A stretch of 64,000 nucleotides of DNA from the human T2T-CHM13v2.0 reference genome, Homo sapiens, in NCBI RefSeq assembly GCF_009914755.1, contig NC_060934.1; one strand, written 5' to 3'. The position numbers and the translations under genes were made by a program. This document shows positions 54,399-64,000 of this stretch, one piece after another. Each line of letters starts with the position of its first letter. Positions within the stretch are counted from its first letter, which is position 1. Under the pieces are notes generated by a model. The model made no database searches. It saw nothing but the letters and a program-made list of their open reading frames with translations, and was not told the origin of the DNA.

Positions 54399-55428
54399 CA
54401 GTTAACCGTTGAACAACACAGGAGTTAGAGACACTAATACTTTGTGCAGCAGAAAATCTATGTATGACTTTTGACTCCCCAAAAACTTAACTAGTAATAG
54501 CCTACTTAATGTTGACTGGAAGCCTTACCAGTAACATAAACAGTTGAATAGCATATATGTATTATACACTGTATTCTTACAATAAAGTAGTCTAGAGAAA
54601 AGAAAATGTTATTAAGAAAATCATGAGAAAGAGAAAATATATTTACTATTCTAAGTGGAAGTGGGTCATTATGAAGCAGAGTCATTCATCTGGGATAAAT
54701 ACCCAAGGTTCGTTTTCTCACGCCAAGGAAATCAAGGACACGGACACACAAGAAGTGTGTTTAAGAGCAGAGGTTTAATAGGCAAGAGAAAAGAGAAAAG
54801 CTCTCTCTCCTGCAGAGAGAGAGGAGCTTCAGAGTGGGTCTTCTGGTTCTGTGGTGAAATGCACAGGATTTTATAGACGAGCTTGAGGAGGCGGTGTCTG
54901 ATTTACATAGGGCATAAGAGATTAGTCGGACCAGTTGTGCCCTTTGCATAGCATGCAAAGAAGCTGGCAATCCCACACTAATCTTTTAGTATGCAGATGG
55001 AGTCTCTACCTGGCCGATGCCATGTTGCCTGCTTTTTACTGCACACATGGCAACAAAGAAAAGGGAAGAGGGAACCTCCATGCTGAAAATACCTGGCTTC
55101 CAGGTATCCCTTTTCTATTGGCAAGCTTTTAACTTGCTTATCTATGCTTGAAGCTTGATTTTTCAGGCTGCTTTTTGTTGGAAAAGAAATGATTTAGGGG
55201 CTGCTTTTCCTTTAAAGGAAACCTTACCAAGGACTCTCTTACCCTATCTGCCTAAATAATTTCTAGCTCCTGTATCAGTTATAAAAATCTTCATCTTCAT
55301 TGTCTTCACATTAAGTAGACTGAGGAGGAGGGATTGGTCTTGCTGTCTCAGGGGTGGCACTAGTGGAACAAAGTCTGCTTGTAAGTGGGCCCATACAGCT
55401 CAAACCCATGTTATTCAAAGGACAAGTG
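54399..55428 (-). mobile_element. Tigger2a MITE, split by LTR9
   Basis: TIRs cagttaaccgttgaacaac / ttattcaaaggacaagtg + TA; colinear with the 30766 copy. Confidence 0.9.
54672..55277 (-). mobile_element. LTR9 (ERV1) solo LTR
   Basis: Minus strand starts tgatacaggagctagaaattatttaggcagatag; TSD atta / gtta. Confidence 0.88.
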
Positions 55429-57702
55429 TAGTTTAAAAATTGTTTGAACCAAATCTATCTGACTCCCAACCTATGCTCTTAACCACTTGAGGAAAGAGCA
55501 GGATAGAGAAACAAGGATAGCAGGGATGACAAGCAGGACACCAGCAATCTGAGTCCCTTCGTGGCATAATTACTTTGTCATTCTGGACCTCAGGTTTCTA
55601 ACATGGTCTTTCATCTGTCCCTTAGCTTTGAATAGTGGTATTTGGGCATTCTAATTCAGAACTAGGATGTTTGAAACTGCTCAAATATCAACCTCTTTCT
55701 AAATCAAGTGTTCTCATACTGATGAGCTATTTCTTAAAATAGAAAATATTTCAGAAAATTCTAAATTTGGAAAGTTGACATAAAAAAGAAGCTGGTACCC
55801 ATACCAGGTAAGGGAATGTTTATAACAGAAGGTAATGTTTTTGGTCCCTTGGAAAGAGACAAGCAAAAAGGTTATACTTAGGATTTAGAAACTCAGGCTT
55901 ATAATAAACAATGAGTCAAAGATAATGTGTGACAAAGAAATTTGAGACCTCGCCTGAGAAACTATTTCATCGGTAAGCCTGAGAACCACCTACACTCAAT
56001 CTTAACAATAAAGAAGCAACTGAAATAAGCTCATTTTCTATGTATCAGTCTTAAGGAGGAAGGGCCCATCAAGAAAACTTGGACTCTGTCTAATGGGACA
56101 GAAGTGGCATTTCATGCCTTATGGAATGTCTTCAGGGAACATCTTGCTTTTCAGAGGATTATTTGAGACCCAGCTCAATATTGACTACATCTCCTATGAG
56201 AACAAGTCAAATAATGGGCTCCAAAAAGAAACCAAGAAGGATCTTCTATACATTATAAGTCACAGACATCTTGGAAAAAAAAAAAATCCTTTCCAGAAAA
56301 ACTGCCTACCAGGGTCACAGTATCGGAATAGGGATATGGATGACTGCTCTACACTATCTTTTTCTATTTTCTCTTTAATATCTAATAAATTTATTTTCCT
56401 TCTGGGAGGTGGCAGTATTAATAACTTTTAAACTGAGTACAACATGTGAGTAGACAAGAGATAATCAAAATGAGCTGTTTGTAATATATTAAAGATAATC
56501 TAAGAGTAATTCTACTGTACCTGGATACACAGACTTTGTTCACATATAGATCTTTTACAGAGCATTCCACTTAAAGTTGCATGATTATCTACATTAAGAT
56601 TCCCTTGTTGTTGTTGTTTTAAAACAAACAAACAAACAAAAAACTTTCAGGCAAATATAAAATTTTCTATAAAAATCTTGACCTAAGAAATATGTAGCCA
56701 ATCTAAACTGGAATCTTATGTTTCCTTATAACAATGCCATTTATATTTTATAATTTAATTTGGTCTCAAATAGTCTTATTGTGATTTGGGATTGTTGTAA
56801 CATTCTATTTTAAACAAATTGAGTGCTTTTAAAGTATACCTTAATCCAGTTTATTTTTGAGCCATGTTTTTCTATTTATAATGGATATTTACACAAAATA
56901 AACTGATCTTTCATCTGTCCTTTAGCACTAACTCTGCTTCTGAATGCACATAAATAGCTAAAAGTGCCAAGACAGAAAAAACAATAAAATAAAGAAAACG
57001 ATAAAAAAAAAAAAAGGAGTACAAATCTGCCTGGAAATAACTTCTGTGGGTAAGAACAAAATGTATGAAAGGATTCTCAGAGGAGTTCATTGCTTTATAT
57101 AATCACTCTATAAAAACATTTCAAATACCATGAACAGCAGCATCCATCTCAGCTGTAATTGTCACACATCCCACTTGTAATACAGTTGAGATCTCTTCCA
57201 ATAATGTTACTACCAAGAATATGAGATGATAAACCCAGCTAAAAGCCATGCCAAATCTGGCTTGGATCAAGTTGAGTGGCAGTAACTCTTTATAATATGG
57301 AAAAGAAGGAAAGAAGCTTTAACTTTCTTAATTGGATTAAACTCAAAGGGGAAAGATATTTATCTTGTCTACCTTGCCTGTCTAAGCTACTCAAGCTATC
57401 ACTGTCATCAGCACTTAAGTTCTTTCCCCAGCCTCAGTCAGCAGCTGTTCACTGCTCACACATATTGGTGCCACTTTCCTGCTTAGAAATATTTTAGGAA
57501 AACACTTAGTGGCATTAGAGATTTTGCCCACTGTTAAATGCTTACTATTCAGCTTTTCATTACACTCAGCTACAAAGACCTCAGGTTGAGGAATGGCTCA
57601 TTTGCCCACATAATTTTTTAAGGATCAATTCTCACATTCTTTTAAAAACTTATTTACTATCTATATAGTTAAAGTCTTAAGGATTTTAGCTTTAAACCTC
57701 AA

Positions 57703-57986
57703 TTTTTTTTTGAGATAGGGTCTTGCTCTGTTGCCCAGGCTGGAGTTCAGTGGCCTGATTATGGCTCACTGCAGGCTTGACAACTTGGACTCAAACAATC
57801 CTCCAACCTAAGCCTCCCAAGTAGCTAGGACTACCAATATGCACCCCACACCCACCTAATTTTTGTATTTTTGTAGAGATGGGGTTCCATCATGTTATCC
57901 AGGCTGGTCTCAAATTCCCAGCCTCAGGCAATTCACCTCAGCCCCCCATGTGCTGGAATTACAGGTGTGAGCCACTGTGCCCAGCT
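57703..57986 (-). mobile_element. AluJ
   Basis: gagatagggtcttgc, caatcctcc diagnostics; degenerate TSD taaacctcaattttt / tacacatcaattttt. Confidence 0.92.
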
Positions 57987-58059
57987 TACACATCAATTTT
58001 TATATCTGTATCACATCTGGCAAGGTACACACTCACTCAGAATTTTCCTTCACACCTAC

Positions 58060-59185
58060 TTCACCAAAATATGCTCAAGAACACTACATGAAAGTATTAA
58101 ATATCAATGGGAAAATAAAAGGTCTAAATAAGTGAAGAGATTTATCACATTCATCAATTGGAAGACTCAATATTTTCATACATCCATCATAATTAAAACT
58201 TTTTTTCTAACTATATGATTAGGAAAGTAGAAAGGCAAGCTATAGACTGGGAGTAAATATCCTCTATACACATATTTAACAAAGGCCTATAATCAGGATA
58301 TATTTAAAAATTCAATGATAAGAGAATAAACAATAAAAGCAGAGTGAAATACTTGAATATATACTTCATAAACAAACATAAAAGTTACAAGTAAGCACAT
58401 GAAAAAGTTTTCAAAATAATTTGTCTTCAGGGAGTTTAAGTCAAAAGTACAATGATATATGGCTTCATACCCTCCAGAATGGCTGAGGTTTAAGACTGAC
58501 TACTGACAAGTGTTAGTAGAAATGTGGAACAATTGGAACTCCCAGGGATTACTAGTGGGAGTGATAAAAGTGAAATCGTTTCACAGTTTATTAATCATAA
58601 AGTTAAAATTACTCTGCATATTACTTAGCAAACACTCTAGATATTTACTTGAAATATATTAAAACATGTTCAAACAAAGACTTCAACTCAGAGGTTCATA
58701 GCAGCCTATTCATAATAGCCAATAATTGGAAAGAATACAGATATCTTCAACAAGGGGGTGCATTAATACAATTTGGTATATTCACACAGTGTAGCACCAC
58801 TCAGCAATAAAAAGAATAACCATGGATAATCATGAAAGAACTTGGATAAAAACAAAGATTGATAAAAAAAGTAACAACATGGGTAATCTCACAGACATAG
58901 TGCAGAGAGAAAGAAGAATGAATTATTTTTTCAACTGCTTATGCAAGGATTCCGTTTATGTGAAATTCTAGAACTGGCAAAATTCATCTATTGTTTTACA
59001 AATCAGATCAGTGATTGCCTGGGATTAGTTGAGATGTAAGCCACTGACTCAAAAGCACACGAGGGAACATTCTGGGCACAAGGATATGTCCTATATATTA
59101 ACTGGCTTGATGGAAATTTAAACACTGAACTGTACACTTAAATGTGTGAATTGTATTGCATGTAAACTATACAGTAATGATAATA
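58060..59185 (+). mobile_element. L1ME-type fragments
   Basis: ttggaagactcaatatt, aatgtggaacaattggaactc, aactgtacacttaaatgtgtgaat. Confidence 0.7.
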
Positions 59186-59477
59186 ATATAATGAAGTATA
59201 GAACAAACAATATTCTCCTTGATTAGTGGATCTGTGGTCAATCCCTGAGCTTCTAATTCTGTGCTAATGGAACAATTTACTAATGGATTAAACCTGGAAA
59301 TGCTATTGTTAGTCATCTTTTAATAAGAATTACACACATTTTTTTCAATAAAATACTAACATTATGTATAGCTGAGGTATTTAAGTTAAGAAACTACATG
59401 CAAAGTTATAAACAATTACAAATTATCTCAAGGCCATTTCAAAGTCTTACTGCACTGAAACCAATTAAATCAATATG

Positions 59478-61829
59478 CAGTTGACACTTGAACAACACAG
59501 GTTTGAACTGCACAGGTCCACTTATACATAGGTTTTTTTCCAATAAATATATTGGAAAAATTTTTGGAGATTTGCAACAATTTTTCAAAAGTTGCAAGTG
59601 AACTGTATAGCCTAGAAATATATTTAAAAAAATAAAAAGTTAGATATGTTATGAATGCATAAAATATATATAGATATTGGTCTGTTTTATCATTTACTAC
59701 CATAGAACATAAACAAATGTATTGTGAATAGTTGAAATGTATCAAAACTTATGTACACAACATTCACAGACCATACATGATGCCATTTGCAATTGTGAGA
59801 AATGTAAACAAACACAAAGATGTAGAATTAAATCATAACTGCATTAAATTAACTATAATACTGTATATACCTTACTACTGTAATAATTGAATAGCTATCT
59901 CCTCTTGCTATTGTGGTGAGCTCAAGTGTTGCAAGTATCTACTTAAAACACTGTGTGATGCTCATCATCTCCATGTGAGCCATTCATCTCTCCAGTATAT
60001 CGTGTATTGCAGTAAATAGTGATCTCTGTTGGTTCTCATGTATTTTTCATTATATTTCAGGCAATACTTTAAACCTTGAATATCATCATCAGACCCATAC
60101 AAAGTGCCATTAGTGATGATGGAAGTACTCCCAAGAAGCAGAGAAAAGTCATGACATCACCAAAAAATAAAGTTGAATTGCTTGATATGTACCATAGATC
60201 TATGTCTACTGCTGCAGAGACCCACCATTTCAGACAAATGATTCATCTTGTAAACAGACAAAGTAAACATACAGAATCAATATTGCACAGTACCATAAAT
60301 GTAATTTCACTTCCTTATGATTTTCTTAACATTTTCTTTACTCTAGCTTACTTTATTGTAAGAATACAGTATACAGGGACTTCAAAAAGCTCATGGAAAC
60401 ATGGATAAAAGATAAAACTAAAAAATATAAACTTTTCAACATAAGCTTCTGCAAGTTCAAGATACTTTTTAAAGCAATAATTCCAGACATTTAGTTCATC
60501 CCTAAAGAACTAAGAATCTTTGGATTTTAACCACATCTATGCAGTCTTTATTACATAATTAACTGAAGAAAAATGGGTGCCATTTACAGATTTTTTAAGA
60601 TTAGGAAACAGAAGTCAAAACGAGCCAATTCAGGACTGTAAGGTGGATACCTAATGATTTTCCATAAACACTGTAACAAAATTGCCCTTGTTTGATGAAA
60701 GGAATGAATAGGAGCATTGTTATTGTGAAAAAACACTCTCTGGTAAAGCTTTTCTAGGCTTTTCTGCTAAAGCTTTGGCTTTCTGAAAACATTCTCATAA
60801 TAAGCAGATGTTCTTTGGCCCTCCAGAAAGTCACCAAACAAAATGCTCTGAGCGTCCTCCCAAAAACTGTTGCCACAATTTTGCTCTTGACTGGTTTGCC
60901 TGTGCTTTGACAGGATCACTTCTACCCCTTGGTAGCCATTGTTTTGATTGTGCTTCATCTTCAAGATCATACTGGTAAAGCCATGTTTCATTTCCTGTTA
61001 CAATTCTTTGAAAAAATGCTTCAGGATCTCAATCCCACCTGTTTAAAATTTCCATTGAAAGCTCTACTGTTGCCTGCAGCTGATCTAGGCACACTTTTGG
61101 CATCAGTCAGGTGTAAATTTTGCTCAGCTTTAATTTTTCAGTCGGAATTGTGTAAGCTGAACCAATTGAGATGTCTGTGGTGCTGGCTATTGTTCTGTTA
61201 TAAATTGTCAGTGCACCTCAATTAGGGCATGAACAAGATTAATTTTTTCCTCACTAATTAACGTGGATGGTCTGCTGTATCTTTTAAACTGTGGATTTTA
61301 TCTTCAACATCTGCTTTCTTAACACAAATTATACATTTCTAAAGTGCTAATTTCTTTGGGGCATTGTCCCCATAAACTTTTTTATAAAGCATCAGCATTT
61401 TCATCATTCTCCCACACAAGCTTCACCACAAATTTGTTCTTGCTCTGACAGAGTCTCTTCTGAAACTGAGGTCTTATCTTCAGTGCCTCAAACTAGATCC
61501 TGTTCAGACATGTTACAAGATAGCATGAGTTTCTTTTGGTGCAAAAAAGTTTTGAAATCTATCCTTAGCTTTTTCATAATATACAAATTTTTCATGAACT
61601 TTTTGAAGATCCCTTATGTAATACATATAACATACAAAATTTGTGTTAATATATTTTGTAAATATATGTGTTAATATATACTATATATAACATATATATA
61701 TCCCTTACATGATACATAAAACATACAAAATATGTGTTATTTGACTATGTGTTCAGTAAGGCCTCTTGTCAACAACAGACTACTAGTAGTTAAGTTTCGG
61801 GTGAATCAAAAGTTATATGAAAATTTCCA
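59478..61829 (+). mobile_element. Tigger2/Tigger2b internally deleted element split by HSMAR2; right TIR missing
   Basis: TIR cagttgacacttgaacaacac; transposase N-terminal remnant PKKQRKVMT..KVELLDMY (ORF 60076-60408). Confidence 0.88.
60374..61618 (-). mobile_element. HSMAR2 mariner, near full length, with disrupted transposase
   Basis: TIRs gggacttcaaaaagctcatggaaa / ttcatgaactttttgaagatccc; TA target; DFLEGQR..SAYYE peptide in ORF 60767-60991. Confidence 0.88.
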
Positions 61830-61887
61830 TGCAGTAGACCCAGAGAAACACAATTACTGCTGTTACAGTTTATTTAAAAGAGTTTTT

Positions 61888-62190
61888 GGCTGGGCACAGT
61901 GGCTCACGCCTGTAATCCCAGCACTTTGGGATGCCGAGGTGGGCGGACCACGAGGTCAGGAGATCCAGACCATCCTGGCTAACACGGTGAAACCCCGCCT
62001 CTACTAAAAATAAAAAAATAAAAAAAATTAGCCAGGTGTGGTGGTGGGCGCCTGTAGTCCTAGCTACTCAGGAGGCTGAGGCAGGAGAATGGTGTGAACT
62101 CGGGAGGCAGAGCTTGCAGTGAGCCAAGATCGCGCCACTGCACTGTAGCCTGGGCAAGAGAGAGAGACTCCATCTCAAAAAAAAAAAAAA
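61888..62190 (+). mobile_element. AluY
   Basis: Diagnostics as above; TSD aaaagagtttt (61876 / 62191). Confidence 0.97.
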
Positions 62191-62609
62191 AAAAGAGTTT
62201 TCAACAGTGTATGATGTTATCATCTTAGAATTGATGGTCTTTTGGGGGATAGGTTAAATATGTACATTTGCATGATAATTCTTATTTTAATAGCAATGTT
62301 AACAGGAAAGTAAAAGAAATATTTCTTTTGTCCATGTCTATGAAAAAGTGAAAAATAAAACCAAGAGTATTTTTTAAATGGCAATGCACACATTTCTTTA
62401 CAGTAGTCCCATCTTTCAAAATGCAAACCAAGCATGTCTGTGTCAAAGGAATTAATCTGGCTGCTATACTCATGTTTCTTGTCGGCTGCTCTATTTGTAT
62501 AACCAGCCCTTGCTTCAGAATATACACAGGAAGCGGATGGCAGTTCTTGCTCTCCTGGTCCTTAGAAACAAATAACAACTAGGAGCTTTAAAAAAAAAAA
62601 AATACAGTA

Positions 62610-62926
<317 letters not shown>

Positions 62927-63762
62927 TCAATTCGACTTTAAAACATTTGAAATATTGTTTTAAAAAAAATTGTAGAGAAGAGAAAGTCCCATGTTAACTA
63001 ACAAGTTTGAGGAGTTCGTTGACATGTTCTAATGGTTATTTTTAAGTGATTATAACAGACAAGCATGGTATATGTTTCCAAAATATGTGTGTCATCTAAA
63101 TCCTTAACAAAAATTTTTATTTACTATGAAAAAAGAAGAAAAGAATGTTAATAATATTAACTTTATTACCAGGTAACATCCATGGAGAAAGATAAATATA
63201 TAAAAATAAAAGACACAGTAACTAGTAGCTTCAGACTTTTATATAAAAGATATGTAACTTCATTTGATAATTCACAATTATACTACTCATTGAAGAATAG
63301 GAATCGATGTTTTGTCACCTCAAAACATGATAATTGAAACTAGAAGCCTGTCACTGTGTCATAAATAACATATTGATAAAAGTGTACATAAATGTACATA
63401 AAACATGAGACATTATTGTCAAAGGTCCATCTTTTCATATTTATGTTTGTATGTATGTGTAAATTATTTTAGAATGAGCCTACAACAAAAGGAGAAATTT
63501 TAACCCAAAATAAACTATGATGGGAAAAATCATTTAACATTCCCTATTTGCATAGTCCATACTATATTATCAGTCCTTACAGGAAGTCAACAAAACTCAG
63601 TGACATAAAGAAACAGATTCTTCATTTTCTAACTGTAAAACTGCTAACCTTAAGAATTAAAGATAATGTTTTCTTCTCATCTAGAAAAAAGTAGAAGTAT
63701 TTTATAGGAAACCATATTGAGTATGATATATTTTTTAGTTTTGTTAGGTTCTGGCAACAGAA

Positions 63763-63835
63763 TATGTGTGTGTGTATATATATGTATATATATGTGTGTG
63801 TATATATATGTGTGTGTGTGTGTATATATATATAT
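63763..63835. repeat. (TG)n/(TA)n compound microsatellite
   Basis: Direct reading. Confidence 0.95.
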
Positions 63836-64000
63836 GGTCTATCCCCCAAAAGATCATCAATTCTAAGATGATAACATCATATACTGTTGAAAACTCTTTT
63901 AAATGAACTGTAACAGCAGTAATTGTGTTTCTCTGGGTCAACTGCATGGCAAATGTTGCGTGAATCAATACATCATGAGAGGTATACAATTTATCTTTGT

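Larger units (their letters stand above)
54213..55490 (-). mobile_element. MIR split by Tigger2a (pieces 54213-54398 and 55431-55490)
   Basis: gaaaattgagtctcagagaagttaa; resumes at tttgaaccaaatctatctgactcc...ctcttaaccact. Confidence 0.75.

Noticed and set aside
60076-61225. Domesticated transposase gene (SETMAR/TIGD-like)
   Set aside because: The Tigger2 and HSMAR2 transposase remnants are short and frameshifted; SETMAR derives from HSMAR1.

Overview
Primate, human-like, AT-rich non-coding DNA (gene desert or deep intron). I can support no host protein-coding exon, RNA gene or CRISPR array. Roughly half of the window is recognisable transposable-element relics: Alu (J/S/Y), L1 (PA4/5, PA7, PA15/16, MA, MC, ME), L2, MIR, CR1, solo LTRs (MER74, MER57, MLT2A2, MLT2B, MLT1, MER4, LTR8, LTR2, LTR9/LTR9B, MER41B, LTR16) and DNA transposons (MER5A, MER63, MER58, MER1B, MER44, Tigger2/2a, HSMAR2). 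All long ORFs are L1 ORF2 remnants. Family names come from recalled consensus sequences, not a database search, and boundaries without TSD support are approximate. The structure that repeat annotation does not explain is a set of four locally templated insertions: short pieces of nearby DNA copied 0.4-1.7 kb away, three of them inverted, each inserted at or replacing a few bases of an old repeat. Two of them came from one donor region (52.6-52.9 kb) into one MLT1J LTR at very different times (~80% vs 100% identity). Other notable features are two twin-primed (5'-inverted) L1s, a dense ERV1 solo-LTR cluster at 32.6-39.7 kb, and an LTR9B with three helically phased octamer motifs.
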